A stretch of DNA of 64,000 nucleotides from an uncultured Verrucomicrobiae bacterium (GCA_963764165.1 CAVXRD010000002.1:128001-192000); one strand, 5' to 3'. Shown: positions 31,965 to 42,730, counted from the first letter of the stretch. The notes: generated from the sequence alone by a model not told the origin. Translations and numbers: made by a program.

Positions 31965-32990
31965 TTAGGAAGGAAACAGCCCTGGCTGTTTACCGCCGCC
32001 CATTTTCAGGCCAAGCTTCTTGTAAGTCAGCTCGGTGGCCACGCGGCCTTGCGGGGTGCGGTTGAGATAGCCCTCCATGATGAGGAACGGTTCATAAACC
32101 TCCTCCAGCGTGTCCGGTTCTTCACCGACGGAAACGGCCAGCGAATTCACTCCGACCGGGCCGCCACCAAATTTTACCACGATGGCTTCGAGAATCCGCT
32201 TGTCCATTTCATCGAGACCGTTTTGGTCGATGGCGAGCATGGCCAGCGCCTGGTCGGCAATTGGCACCGTGATGCGGCCGTCGCCGCGCACTTGCGCAAA
32301 ATCGCGGACGCGGCGGAGAAGATTGTTGGCGACGCGCGGCGTTCCACGGCTGCGGCGGGCGATTTCCGACGCTCCGCCATCCTCCATCGCCACCCCGAGA
32401 AGGTTGGCGGAGCGAAGAAGAATTTTTTGCAATTGATCCGCGTGGTAATAATCCAACCGCTCGCGAATGCCAAAGCGCGTCAGCAGTGGAGCCGTCAGCA
32501 AGCCACTTCGCGTCGTTGCGCCAATCAAAGTAAAGCGTGGGAGCGAAAGACGCACGCTGCGTGCGTTCGGCCCCTGGTCAATAATAATATCCAGCTTGTA
32601 ATCCTCCATCGCAGGATAGAGATATTCCTCGATGCTTTTCTGAAGGCGATGGATTTCGTCGATGAACAAGACGTCGCCTTCCTCCAGGTTTGTCAATAAT
32701 CCCGCAAGGTCGCTGGCTTTTTCGATGGTGGGGCCGCTGGTGCATTTGAGGTTCGTGCCCATCGCCTTGGCGATGATGTTAGCCAGGGTCGTTTTTCCCA
32801 ACCCCGGCGGGCCGCTGAAGAGCAAATGGTCAAGTGCTTCACCGCGTTGCTTGGCGGCTTGAACGGCAATTTCGAGGCGTTCCTTGACATTGGCCTGGCC
32901 GACAAATTCGGAGAAAAGCGATGGCCGCAGCGTCATTTCCAACGCCGCGTCCGGCTTCGCCAGCACGTCTGTCATTTTACGCTCCGCCAT
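31965..32990 (-). CDS. ruvB: Holliday junction branch migration helicase RuvB
   Basis: [32 protein letters not shown] and RTPQGR. Confidence 0.97.
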   Translation of the reverse strand: MAERKMTDVLAKPDAALEMTLRPSLFSEFVGQANVKERLEIAVQAAKQRGEALDHLLFSGPPGLGKTTLANIIAKAMGTNLKCTSGPTIEKASDLAGLLTNLEEGDVLFIDEIHRLQKSIEEYLYPAMEDYKLDIIIDQGPNARSVRLSLPRFTLIGATTRSGLLTAPLLTRFGIRERLDYYHADQLQKILLRSANLLGVAMEDGGASEIARRSRGTPRVANNLLRRVRDFAQVRGDGRITVPIADQALAMLAIDQNGLDEMDKRILEAIVVKFGGGPVGVNSLAVSVGEEPDTLEEVYEPFLIMEGYLNRTPQGRVATELTYKKLGLKMGGGKQPGLFPS

Positions 32991-33212
32991 GTGCCATGGA
33001 GAATGGGCAACCCGGCGCGGAGCGACAAGGGAAAACTCGCGGCAGCAAAGGGCACGGACACAGATCAGCTTTTGGCAGAGTCGGATTGCTGCGCCGAACC
33101 GAAGACGATCCGCTACAGCGCCCCCGGGACCGATTCAAGAGTCGATCTGTCCCTTTTTAGAAACTCCTTTTCTTTTTTCTCGGACACACAACAATTACAT
33201 TGCTAAGCTTGG

Positions 33213-33258
33213 CACGGGGGCATTGAAGGCCAGCAATGCCCCCCGTGTTAATTTATTT
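33213..33258 (+). terminator. Strong hairpin with T-rich tail
   Basis: CACGGGGGCATTG-8 nt-CAATGCCCCCCGTG then TTAATTTATTT. Confidence 0.5.
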
Positions 33259-33412
33259 GTCGAAGGAATTGGAAGCAAAATGCAAATCAAATCCAAGCAA
33301 ACCAAATTTGAACCGATGCCGCGGGGGAAAGTGAGTTTGCAAATTCTGATTCGCGCTCAGAGGATTCATCCCACGCCCACCGTAGAATTAGCGAAGGAGG
33401 GGCAAAGCGTCC

Positions 33413-34981
33413 TTACCTTTCTGGGGCGACGCGCGATGTGATCATCGCGAGCATTTCGCGAGCGGACGAAACTTTCATGAACCAGCACAGCACGAAATAA
33501 ACGATGCTGGCCGCAATCATCGGCAGAAAAACTTCTCCCAACCGAGGCAGGAGCGTGGCGTGGCCAAAATGGTTCGACCAGAGTTTCGCGCCCCGCCAAG
33601 CCACCAAGCCAGCCACCAATCCCGCTGCGGCGAGCGAAGGCAGTTGGCCGAGCACCGTTTTCATTTCGAGCGTCCGCAATTTTTTCCTCAACGCAAAAGC
33701 GAGCAAAGATAAATTGACCACCGCGCTGGTGGAATTGGCAACGCCCAGCGCGCCTGCTCCAAGGTTAAACACCAGCAACAATGTCGCCGCCATGATCAAA
33801 TTTATGACCAGGCAGAAAACGCTTATTTTCATTGGCGTGACGAGATCATTAACCGCGTAGAAAGCGCGCGCAAAAATGTTGACGAGCGAGAACGCAATTA
33901 ATCCCGGGACGAGGCACATGAGCGCAAAACTTACGCGCTCCGTCGAATGCGCGTTGAAAAGCCCGCGTTCAAAAAGCAGCCGGATGATCGGCTCGGCGAG
34001 CGTGAAAAGAAGCACCGACGCGAGCAAGTTGATAAAAATCAAATGCCCCACTGCCTGGCGAAGGGTCAGCCGGAATTGAGGATAATTTTTATCGATTGCC
34101 AGTCCGGCCAGGGTTGGCAGCAGGAAGGTGGCCAGGGACAGGCCGAATACGCCTTGCGGCAATTCCATCAAGCGAACTGCGTAGGCAAATTGCGCCAGGA
34201 TTTTCGCATTCTCACCAAAGGCCAGCCCCTGCGTCAGCGAGACATTGATTTGAAAAGCCGCCACTCCAATCGTGCTGGGAATCATTTTCTTGACAACCTC
34301 GCGGACGGCTGGATCGCGCCACGGCGTGACCCAGCGATAGCGAAATCCCTCGCGGTGCATCGTCGGATATTGGAAGAACGCCTGCGCAATGCCCGCCGCC
34401 AGAACACCGATGGCGAGGGCGTAAATTCTTGTGTTGAGCGTCGGCCCCATTCTCGGCGCGAGGAGGAGCACCGAGGCGATCATCACCACGTTCAAGACCG
34501 CCGCACCGAGGGCCGGAATAAAAAAATGGCCGCGCGCATTGAGGATGCCGATGAACACCGCGCCCAGGCATGCCAAGCCCATATAGGGAAACATCATCCC
34601 CATCAGCTTCAGCATGAGCTGCGTATTGGGATCCCAATGCCCAAGCAGCAAAAGCGCGCCAAGCACCGCCAGCGCCACAAATATGATTCCCGCCGAAACC
34701 GCCAGCAAACCGGAGATGACCGCGTTCGCCGCGTTCCACATGGATTCCGCGCCCTCCGTTTTCTCCTTGGCCTTAAAGACCGGAATGAACGCCGCCGTCA
34801 GCGAACCTTCACCAAGAAGCCGGCGAAAAAGATTCGGCACAGTGAAAGCGAATACGAACGCGCCATACACGTCGCCAGTCCCCATAAAGCCGGCGTAGAC
34901 CTGCTCCCGCACCAGGCCCAGCACGCGGCTGGTCATGGTGGCCGCGCCAATCCCGCCCGACGATTTCAACATTTTGGACAT
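33413..34981 (-). CDS. murJ: Lipid II flippase MurJ (MviN)
   Basis: SRVLGLVRE, PNLFRRLLGEGSL, RLMELPQG and LFERGLF; many TM segments. Confidence 0.95.
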   Translation of the reverse strand: MSKMLKSSGGIGAATMTSRVLGLVREQVYAGFMGTGDVYGAFVFAFTVPNLFRRLLGEGSLTAAFIPVFKAKEKTEGAESMWNAANAVISGLLAVSAGIIFVALAVLGALLLLGHWDPNTQLMLKLMGMMFPYMGLACLGAVFIGILNARGHFFIPALGAAVLNVVMIASVLLLAPRMGPTLNTRIYALAIGVLAAGIAQAFFQYPTMHREGFRYRWVTPWRDPAVREVVKKMIPSTIGVAAFQINVSLTQGLAFGENAKILAQFAYAVRLMELPQGVFGLSLATFLLPTLAGLAIDKNYPQFRLTLRQAVGHLIFINLLASVLLFTLAEPIIRLLFERGLFNAHSTERVSFALMCLVPGLIAFSLVNIFARAFYAVNDLVTPMKISVFCLVINLIMAATLLLVFNLGAGALGVANSTSAVVNLSLLAFALRKKLRTLEMKTVLGQLPSLAAAGLVAGLVAWRGAKLWSNHFGHATLLPRLGEVFLPMIAASIVYFVLCWFMKVSSAREMLAMITSRVAPER

Positions 34982-34998
34982 GCCGGAACGCGCCGCCG

Positions 34999-36732
34999 CT
35001 ATTCTCCAAGCTTCACGAGTTCGGATTGCACCATTTGCACCAGTGGCTCGACGGTCTTGCGGCTGAAATCAAATCTGCACCCGGCGGCTTCAAACAATTC
35101 GGGAAGCGGGCGCGAGCCGCCCAGCGCCAATCCGCGCTGATAAGCCTTCAACGCGCCTGCCTTGTCGGACTTCGAATTGCTCCAAACTTGCAGAGCGCCA
35201 AGTTGCGCGATGCCGTATTCCACGTAATAGAACGGATGCAGGAAAATATGAAGCTGGCGGTGCCACAAATTTGCGCGAACCGATTCGTAATCGCTCCAAT
35301 CGACATCGCCGCCGAAGCGCTTCATCAGATCCACCCACGCCTGCTGGCGCTCTGGCCGCGTGTGGCCGGGATGCGAGTAAATCCAGTGCTGGAACGCATC
35401 GACGGTCGCGATCCACGGGAAGATGTCAATAATACCTTCAAGATGCTTCCGCCGCGCCCGCTGGGCGTCATCGGTGGAATAGAATTTTTCGAGAAATTCA
35501 TTGCCGAGCAATTCCATGCTCATCGACGCCACTTCGCAAAATTCTATAGGCGCGCTGCGGTAGGCGTACATGTCATCCTCGCGGGCGGCCAGGGCGTGAA
35601 AGGCGTGGCCGGCTTCGTGCAAAATGGTTTCGACGTCGCGCTGCATGCCAACAGCGTTCATGAAAATAAACGGCAGGCGCGATTCGTTCAGGGTGGATTG
35701 GTAGCCGCCCGGCGCTTTGCCTTTGCGATTCTCCAAATCCAGCAAGCGCTTTTCCCGCATCAGCCGGAAATCAGCGGCTAGCGAACTGTCCAATTGGTTG
35801 AAAATATCCTGGGTGGATTCGATCAGCGCATCCACTTTTTCGAAGGGTCTCAACGGCGCCTGGCTCGCCGGATCAACGGCTAGGTCCCACGGGCGAAGTG
35901 TCGCCAACCCCAGCTTTTCGCGGCGGCGCTCCTGTAACTTGCGAAGCACGGGAACCACGCACGTCTCGATGGCGTCGTGAAATTTGCGGCAATCCTCGGC
36001 GGTGTAATCGAAGCGGCCGCGTAATTTGAAAGCGTATTCCAAGTAGTTGGGAAACCCGGCGTTGGCGGCGATTTTTTCCCGGAGTTTGAGCAAACTCTCA
36101 AAGAGTTCTTCAATGCGGTCGGCTTCTTGCAATCGTCGCTGCGCCGACAATTCCCACGCTTCCTGCCGGAGAGCGCGGTCAGTCTCCTCCTGGAAACGGC
36201 CCATTTGCACGAGCGTTTTTTCCTCGCCGCGAAACTTCACCGTCAGCGAGCCGATCAGCTTCTGGTATTGCTGCGAGAGCTTGGCCTCCTCCGTTTCCAG
36301 CGGGACGTTTTCGTCGCGGTAAAGCTCCACCTGCACCTGGCAACTTCTGTCAAAAACAAAATATCGATCCGTTGAAAGTCCGGCCCGCGCCGGGTGCGCG
36401 AGGTAAAGCTTTGCCAGGTTGAACTGCTTCGGCTTGGTGAACGGCTCCACGTTCTCGACGAAATGAAGATAGGCCTTTTCCGCCTCGGGATTATCCGTGT
36501 GGCAAGTCATCGCGATGTAGCGCCGGGACGATTCCTCATCGAGCGCCGCCGTCAATTCGCCGCCATCGATCAGCCAGCGCTCCAATTCCGCCGCCGTGCG
36601 GGCTTTGGCGGCTGCGGCCTCCAGCTTGTCAAACAAAGGCTCAACCTGCTTCCAATCACCCAAATCAATCGACTTGGGCACGAAGGACCGGGGCCGGTAG
36701 GGAGGTTGCGGATCAAATGGCAGCAAATTCAT
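34999..36732 (-). CDS. pepF: M3 family oligoendopeptidase F
   Basis: HEAGH zinc motif, KAPGGY, EFCEVASMSME and PFYYVEY. Confidence 0.9.
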   Translation of the reverse strand: MNLLPFDPQPPYRPRSFVPKSIDLGDWKQVEPLFDKLEAAAAKARTAAELERWLIDGGELTAALDEESSRRYIAMTCHTDNPEAEKAYLHFVENVEPFTKPKQFNLAKLYLAHPARAGLSTDRYFVFDRSCQVQVELYRDENVPLETEEAKLSQQYQKLIGSLTVKFRGEEKTLVQMGRFQEETDRALRQEAWELSAQRRLQEADRIEELFESLLKLREKIAANAGFPNYLEYAFKLRGRFDYTAEDCRKFHDAIETCVVPVLRKLQERRREKLGLATLRPWDLAVDPASQAPLRPFEKVDALIESTQDIFNQLDSSLAADFRLMREKRLLDLENRKGKAPGGYQSTLNESRLPFIFMNAVGMQRDVETILHEAGHAFHALAAREDDMYAYRSAPIEFCEVASMSMELLGNEFLEKFYSTDDAQRARRKHLEGIIDIFPWIATVDAFQHWIYSHPGHTRPERQQAWVDLMKRFGGDVDWSDYESVRANLWHRQLHIFLHPFYYVEYGIAQLGALQVWSNSKSDKAGALKAYQRGLALGGSRPLPELFEAAGCRFDFSRKTVEPLVQMVQSELVKLGE

Positions 36733-36795
36733 TTTCAAAGGATAAATGGCGCGACAAAAACCACAAGGGCGCAACAAAATTTCGGTGAAAGAATT

Positions 36796-37308
36796 TCAAT
36801 GCTTCCGAGTCAGGAAGCAAAACAAACCGAATAGCACGATCAGAAGCACCAGCGTCAGCGCGACGAAGCGATTTCGCGCCACTCTTTTCTCGTAGCGCAA
36901 CGGGCGCAATCCCTGAATGTTCCCGGCGGCCAGATAATTCACCAGCTTCGGATTGGCGGCGGGCGGGCTGCGGAAATAATTCTTGAACCGATCCAGCGCC
37001 GCGACGAGATCGAATTTCCGCGCGCCCTGCTCGTTGAAATGCGACTCGGTCGTCGGCGGTTCGCCGATTTCCTTGAGCGGTTTCTGGTCGACGTGCTCGA
37101 AGACCGGCTCAGGATGGTGCGGTGTGCGCGGCGGCGCGGCGGCGCCCGGCGGATAGGCGGTGGAGCGAAATTTCCTCGGGTCTTCCGGCTCAACCTGCTT
37201 GTTGAGCTGTTTGATGCGGGCTTCCAGTTCGGCGATTTTGCCGGTCAACTCCCGCGACCGTTCAGTAATGGGATCGGCTTTTCGCTTGAACAATCCCTTG
37301 TCCCCCAT
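36796..37308 (-). CDS. Hypothetical coiled-coil protein with C-terminal TM helix
   Basis: ATG overlaps the upstream stop (TGATG); N-terminal coiled coil; YLAAGNIQGLRPLRYEKRVARNRF then TM. Confidence 0.75.
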   Translation of the reverse strand: MGDKGLFKRKADPITERSRELTGKIAELEARIKQLNKQVEPEDPRKFRSTAYPPGAAAPPRTPHHPEPVFEHVDQKPLKEIGEPPTTESHFNEQGARKFDLVAALDRFKNYFRSPPAANPKLVNYLAAGNIQGLRPLRYEKRVARNRFVALTLVLLIVLFGLFCFLTRKH

Positions 37309-37979
37309 CAATGCCGCCATAACAGCGCCGCGAATATCGCCGCGCCCAAAACTACCAGCGGCCAAGTCAGCGCCAGGCCAATCTTGAACAACTGAAGCAT
37401 GCTGGTTTCAGGCGATAAAATGGATGGATGTGCGGGTGTTTTCGATTCGGCGGCATTGGGCGCAGTCCCGCTCAAAATCGAAAATCTCAAACGCGCCGAG
37501 TTCCATTCCATCCGCGCGTTTTCGACGGTGGTTGAAGCGGTGGTCAATTCAACATGGTGATTATCGGAGGTCCACGCCTTTTCGTTGATGGCTTGGACTT
37601 TTTGAACGGTCACGCGAAAATCGGCCAGGGTGCGGGCCATGGCTTCGGTTTCGCGGCGGGCGGACATTTCGGCCTCTTCGAGCAAACCAATGCCACGAGT
37701 TAAATTATGCAGCATTTCATCGCGGCCAGTCTGAAATTCAACTTGACGCCGGCGCAACTCCTCAAGCCCGGCGCGCTCGCGCTCGAGTTCCTCCTGGGCT
37801 CGCTTCAGCTCGGCCAGACGGATTTGCTTTTCGCTGACCATGGCCTCGATTTCTTCGCGCGTGGGGGGACGATTGGGCGCGGCGGGGCCGGACGATTTCG
37901 CGGGGGCAACAGTCGCTTGCGACGGCTGAAAGTCACTGTCGATAAATTCCCCGGCATCGTGGTGAGCGGACATAGGCAT
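37308..37979 (-). CDS. Hypothetical coiled-coil protein with C-terminal TM helix
   Basis: 223 aa, long heptad region, C-terminal IGLALTWPLVVLGAAIFAALLW; 15 nt after smc. Confidence 0.8.
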   Translation of the reverse strand: MPMSAHHDAGEFIDSDFQPSQATVAPAKSSGPAAPNRPPTREEIEAMVSEKQIRLAELKRAQEELERERAGLEELRRRQVEFQTGRDEMLHNLTRGIGLLEEAEMSARRETEAMARTLADFRVTVQKVQAINEKAWTSDNHHVELTTASTTVENARMEWNSARLRFSILSGTAPNAAESKTPAHPSILSPETSMLQLFKIGLALTWPLVVLGAAIFAALLWRH

Positions 37980-37994
37980 GTGAAGGTAGTCTGT

Positions 37995-40900
37995 TTACTT
38001 GGCCATGACAATGGTTTCTTCCGGCGCTCCCTCGCCAGATCGCAGACGATTGGGAGGCGACGACTCCGCTGCCGCGGTCGCGTTTCCATTTTCGTGGCTG
38101 TGACCGTTCCCGTTTCCGTTGGCGTGTTCGGCGGCATGGCCGTTTCCATTTTCGCCGCCGCCATTTCCCTCGGCGGTTTCATTCGCTTTGTGGAATTTGA
38201 CGCTGACAATTTTGCTCACGCCATGCTCTTGCATGGTCACGCCGTAAAGCACGTCGGCCATCGAAATGGTGCGCTTGTTGTGCGTGATGATGACGAATTG
38301 CGATTGCACCAGAAAGCGCTGGAGGACTTTGACGAATCGGTTGACGTTCGCTTCATCGAGCGGGGCGTCCAATTCGTCCAGCACGCAGAACGGGCTGGGC
38401 TTCACCTGATAAATCGAGAACAATAGCGCAACAGCCGTCATCGTCTGCTCGCCGCCGGAGAGCAGCGAGATGCTTTGCAGTTGCTTGCCGGGCGGGCGCG
38501 CCACGATGTCGATGCCGCATTCCAAAACGTCGCCTTCTTCTGTCAAAATAAGATCCGCTTTGCCGCCGCCGAAAATCTCGACGAACATCGTTCGGAAATT
38601 ATCGCGCACTTTCTCAAACGTCTCGACGAACATCTGGCGCGTTTGCGTGTTGATGCGATTGATGACGTCCACCAATTGCGCTTTGGCTTGGACAAGATCG
38701 TCGTTTTGCTTGGTGAGGAATTGATAGCGCTGCTCGGTTTCCTCGTATTCGTCGATGGCGACGAGATTCACCGGCCCCATTTCATCAATGCGCGACTGCG
38801 CTTGCGCGACTTGCGCCGCGACGGCATCCCAATCGGTCGCCGCTCCACTGGCCGCCATCTCCTCGGGTGTCAGCGTCTGGATTTTCGGCGCGCCTTCTTC
38901 GGCCACCGTGATGGTGATGCACTCGCTGCGAATATCTTCGAGGTTGATTTGATATTTCTCGCGAATGCGGTCGCGCACGTTTTGCGAAGCCATCGTCTTC
39001 TGCGCCAACTCAACTTCCACCGATCCGCGTTGCGCTTGCAAATCGCTCAAGGCGCGGCGCTGTTCGCGCAATGAAGCATCGGCCGTCTCGATTTGCTCCT
39101 CGATGACGTTCTTCTGCTCCATCATTTCCGTCACTTGCGCGCTGACTTGCTCGCGTTGATGAGCGAGCGCTTCGATCTTCTGGCGCGCATCGGCAATTTC
39201 CATTTCCGCCTGGCGTTTGCGGTCGAGGAAAGACTGAACTTCCTTGCGGCGCTGTTCGGCCAGATGCGTCAATTCCGTGATGCGCTGTTCGAGCGGGCGC
39301 TTCTGATTGGCGAAGGAGTGAGCCAACTGCTCTTCGGTGGCGAGCGCAACTTTGGTTTCGGTGAGCGAAGTATTGGCGGCGTCGCGCTGCTGGCGCAATC
39401 CTTCCAATGACGCCGTCGTCTGCGCGACGGCGGCCACGCTTTCCTGCTCGGCGGTTTCGAGAGTGGCGATGCGGGTGGCGATGGCGTCGCGCTTCTTCAA
39501 GCCCTCCTCTTCCTGCCCTTTGAGGCTGTCGATTTCATAAACAACCGTCTCAATTTTCTGGCGCAGCATGCGGGCGGAATTTTCCAGCGCCTTGAACTCG
39601 CCCTGCCGCGTGGCAATGGCGACTTCCTGCGTGCGCAACGCCGTTTGCGCCTCGTGCAAGCCCGCCTGCAATTGTGTCTGCTCGCTGGCGAGGGCGCCCT
39701 TTTGCCGGCTGAATTCGTTGACACTCTCCTGCAATGCCGCGACCGCCGCCTGCAATTCGGCGATTTGATTCTTGCGGCCCAAAATAGACGAGGCGGCTTT
39801 GCCGGAACCATTGCCGCTGGCATAACCGCCGGTGAAAATTCCGTTGCGGTTCAACAATTCGCCCGCTGCCGTCACAAAGTCGCAAGCACCGTTGGTCGTG
39901 CGCCAAGCGTCGGTGGCAGCAGCCAAATCCGGCGCAATCCAAGTCTGGCCGAGCAGGCGCTGCAAGAGCGGCTGCACGCTCGGATCGGCCTGAATCACGC
40001 TCATCGCGGAAACACAGCTCGCCAGAGCTTCGTGTTGGATCGTCTCGGCGCCCGCGGGGGCAGCCAATTGCAACGCGGCGATGCTGGCGCGGCCGGATTT
40101 CTTTTCGCGCAGGTCGTCGAGAATTTGCCGCGCGGTCTCCGGCTGCTCCGTCAATACCAATTGAAGATGGTGGCCGAGCGCGGTTTCAATGGCTACGACG
40201 TGCGGATCCGGCACGCGGATTTTATCCGCGAGCGAACCAAGAACGTTGGTCGCCGTTTTCAGGGCTGACAACGCACCCGGCGCAAAGCCTTCGTGTTCAG
40301 ATTGCAATTGCTCGAGCACGTTGAGCCGTGAGCGTTTTTCGGCGCTTTGGCGAAGGACGTCGTCCAATTGGCGCGTCACGACGACCAGTTGCTCCTGAAT
40401 TTCGCGCAAGCGGCGCTGGCGTTCTTCCACAGTGCCGCGGTGCGTTTGGGCGTTCAGCAATTCTTCCTGCACGCTGACGGAAAATTGCTGCAAGCGGGTC
40501 TCCAAGCCCACACGCTCTTCCTCGAGCTGAATTTTTTCGGCGGAAAGTTTTTCGAGGCGGATGGCGTTTCCCTGCTTTTGCAAATCCAGCGCGTTGATTT
40601 CGTTGCGGGCGCGGCTGAGGTGCTGCGTCGCTTCGAAGGCCCGCGCTTGCGCCTGGCGCAGCGTTTCCTGATCGGCGCGAAGGCTTTGCTCAACGGTTTG
40701 CAATGCCTGGCGTTTGCTGTCCAAGGTCTGGCGATGTTCAAGGACGGCCGCTTCGGCGGTCGCCAAACGGGCGGCGACGCTCTCCAATTCCTGGCGGGCC
40801 GCCACCACGCGCTCGTCGGCTTGCGCGATGTCCTGCATGGCGCGGGAATTTTGCGCTTCCAAATCGCGCTGGCGATCTTCGTTGAAATGAATGCGGCTTT

Positions 40901-41819
40901 CGTTGCGGTCGATCTGGCCCTTGAGTTCCAAACCCTGCTGCTGGAGGTGGCCGATCTGCTGCTCCTGCTCGGAATACTGCGCGCGCAAAATGCTAATTTC
41001 GTTATCCGCGCGCAGGACCGTTTCGGAAAGCGTCTCGATTTGCTGGCGCGATTGCTCCAACTGCGTTGTGCGGGCCTGGATGTCGGCTTGAAGGACGTCG
41101 AAATGATGGCGCGCCAACTGCGTGTCGAGGTGCTGCAGCTCAGTCATCAGTTGCTTGTAACGACGAGCTTTGCCGGCCTGGCGTTGAAGCGAGCCGATTT
41201 GGCGCTTCACTTCGCGAATTAGGTCAGCGACGCGGAGCAGATTTTGGTCGGTCGCTTCCAATTTGCGGAGCGACTCTTTCTTTTGAGCTTTGAACTTGGT
41301 GATGCCCGCGGCTTCCTCGAATACCAGCCGGCGATCCTCGGGTTTGCTGGAGAGGATTTGGGTGATGTTCCCCTGCGCCATAATACTATAACTGGTGCGC
41401 CCGACGCCCGTGCCCATGAAAAGCTGCTGGATGTCCTTCAGCCGGCACGGTGTTTTGTTGAGAAAGTATTCGCTGGAACCGTCGCGAAAGACCCGGCGGG
41501 TCAGCGTGACCTCGTTGTAGGCGATTTCCACGCCCGCCGCCGAAAGATGTTCGCCATCGACGCCGCCGATGGTTAGCGACACCTCGGCCATGCTGAGGGG
41601 CTTCCGGGAATCCGTGCCGTTGAAAATGACATCCGCCATCTCGCCGCCGCGCAGGGCTTTGGCGGATTGCTCGCCCAGAACCCAGCGGATAGCGTCCGAA
41701 ACATTGGACTTCCCGCAGCCGTTAGGCCCGACGATGGCCGTTACACCCGGCTGGAAATTCAGCGAGGTCTTGTCCGCAAACGATTTGAACCCTAGAACAG
41801 TCAAATTCTTCAAATACAT
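37995..41819 (-). CDS. smc: Chromosome segregation protein SMC
   Basis: MYLKNL..GFKSFA, GPNGCGKSN, hinge region, LSGGE and LDELDAPLD; start ATG 41819. Confidence 0.97.
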   Translation of the reverse strand: MYLKNLTVLGFKSFADKTSLNFQPGVTAIVGPNGCGKSNVSDAIRWVLGEQSAKALRGGEMADVIFNGTDSRKPLSMAEVSLTIGGVDGEHLSAAGVEIAYNEVTLTRRVFRDGSSEYFLNKTPCRLKDIQQLFMGTGVGRTSYSIMAQGNITQILSSKPEDRRLVFEEAAGITKFKAQKKESLRKLEATDQNLLRVADLIREVKRQIGSLQRQAGKARRYKQLMTELQHLDTQLARHHFDVLQADIQARTTQLEQSRQQIETLSETVLRADNEISILRAQYSEQEQQIGHLQQQGLELKGQIDRNESRIHFNEDRQRDLEAQNSRAMQDIAQADERVVAARQELESVAARLATAEAAVLEHRQTLDSKRQALQTVEQSLRADQETLRQAQARAFEATQHLSRARNEINALDLQKQGNAIRLEKLSAEKIQLEEERVGLETRLQQFSVSVQEELLNAQTHRGTVEERQRRLREIQEQLVVVTRQLDDVLRQSAEKRSRLNVLEQLQSEHEGFAPGALSALKTATNVLGSLADKIRVPDPHVVAIETALGHHLQLVLTEQPETARQILDDLREKKSGRASIAALQLAAPAGAETIQHEALASCVSAMSVIQADPSVQPLLQRLLGQTWIAPDLAAATDAWRTTNGACDFVTAAGELLNRNGIFTGGYASGNGSGKAASSILGRKNQIAELQAAVAALQESVNEFSRQKGALASEQTQLQAGLHEAQTALRTQEVAIATRQGEFKALENSARMLRQKIETVVYEIDSLKGQEEEGLKKRDAIATRIATLETAEQESVAAVAQTTASLEGLRQQRDAANTSLTETKVALATEEQLAHSFANQKRPLEQRITELTHLAEQRRKEVQSFLDRKRQAEMEIADARQKIEALAHQREQVSAQVTEMMEQKNVIEEQIETADASLREQRRALSDLQAQRGSVEVELAQKTMASQNVRDRIREKYQINLEDIRSECITITVAEEGAPKIQTLTPEEMAASGAATDWDAVAAQVAQAQSRIDEMGPVNLVAIDEYEETEQRYQFLTKQNDDLVQAKAQLVDVINRINTQTRQMFVETFEKVRDNFRTMFVEIFGGGKADLILTEEGDVLECGIDIVARPPGKQLQSISLLSGGEQTMTAVALLFSIYQVKPSPFCVLDELDAPLDEANVNRFVKVLQRFLVQSQFVIITHNKRTISMADVLYGVTMQEHGVSKIVSVKFHKANETAEGNGGGENGNGHAAEHANGNGNGHSHENGNATAAAESSPPNRLRSGEGAPEETIVMAK

Positions 41820-41835
41820 GCTGGGAGTGAAAAGA

Positions 41836-41883
41836 ACACAAAATCCCCAGCGTTGTAAAGGAAAAAACCACCATATATGGGGG
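41836..41883. promoter_or_regulatory. Possible NrdR-box pair upstream of smc
   Basis: CCACCATATATGGGGG (41868-41883) fits the acaCwAtATaTwGtg core; a half match ACACAAAAT lies 32 bp earlier. Confidence 0.35.
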
Positions 41884-42345
41884 GTTAAGGGCGAAAAAAG
41901 CACTCTGGATGGGGTTTTTGAGGGTTTCTCCCTGTTTTCAGCGGAATGAGGATCTCCGCAGCAGCCTTTTGCCGGAAACCTGTTTTGGGGAGCGCAATCT
42001 GGGTGCAACTGGGGCTTAAAAACGCAAAGTGAAATAGGGTGCAATAGGGTGCAACGCCAAAACAGAACAACTGGGCTGCGGCGCATGAGCGCGAAGTGCC
42101 GTGCCGCGCTTCTTCCCATAATCTGACCTTGCATATATAGATGCACTTTGACACGACCAGGGCTGGACGGAAAACCTACCGGAGTGTTTTCTGCACGATT
42201 TTTGGAGAAATAACGGGGAAAATTGAATCAGGAACGACCGAACTCAGGAAAAGATACCAAAAGAGGACTCCAACGAAAGGGCGCAAAGGGACCGCAGGTC
42301 AAGCCCAGTAAGAAATGCTTCGCCCGAACCATGCAGTTCATTTCA

Positions 42346-42486
42346 CGGGGAGCACACCCGCCCTCGGGTGTGGACGACTGGCGCCTCGCCAGTCGCTGTC
42401 GGCAAATTCTTCGAACTAAACGGTTCAGTCTTTGAATGTGTTCCGCGAGGGCGCGGAACACTGCACGCGAGGCGCGTGCGCTCCCC
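42346..42486. repeat. REP doublet, family C
   Basis: GGGGAGCACACCCGCCCTCGGGTG ... CACGCGAGGCGCGTGCGCTCCCC; related copy near 47717-47765. Confidence 0.75.
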
Positions 42487-42730
42487 AAACCATCTGCATC
42501 GTTCCGGCTTAGACAGGATGAACATGATTAACAGGTTAAAAGCCGGAGGGGCGGAGAGCGGATTTGCCTTTCTTCCTCTGCGCACTCATCTTCTCTGCGC
42601 GAGATTCCTTTTCCGCTCGGGCACCGGAAATGGGAGTTATGAATTGCAAGTTACTAACTGAAAGCAATTTGTGTTACTTTGCCGACGCGCAGATGGGAAG
42701 AATGGGAATAATGGGAGCCATCAGCGACCG

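Noticed and set aside
41820..42146. 109-aa N-terminal extension of SMC
   Set aside because: The canonical SMC start MYLK is at 41819; the extension covers promoter and repeat DNA.
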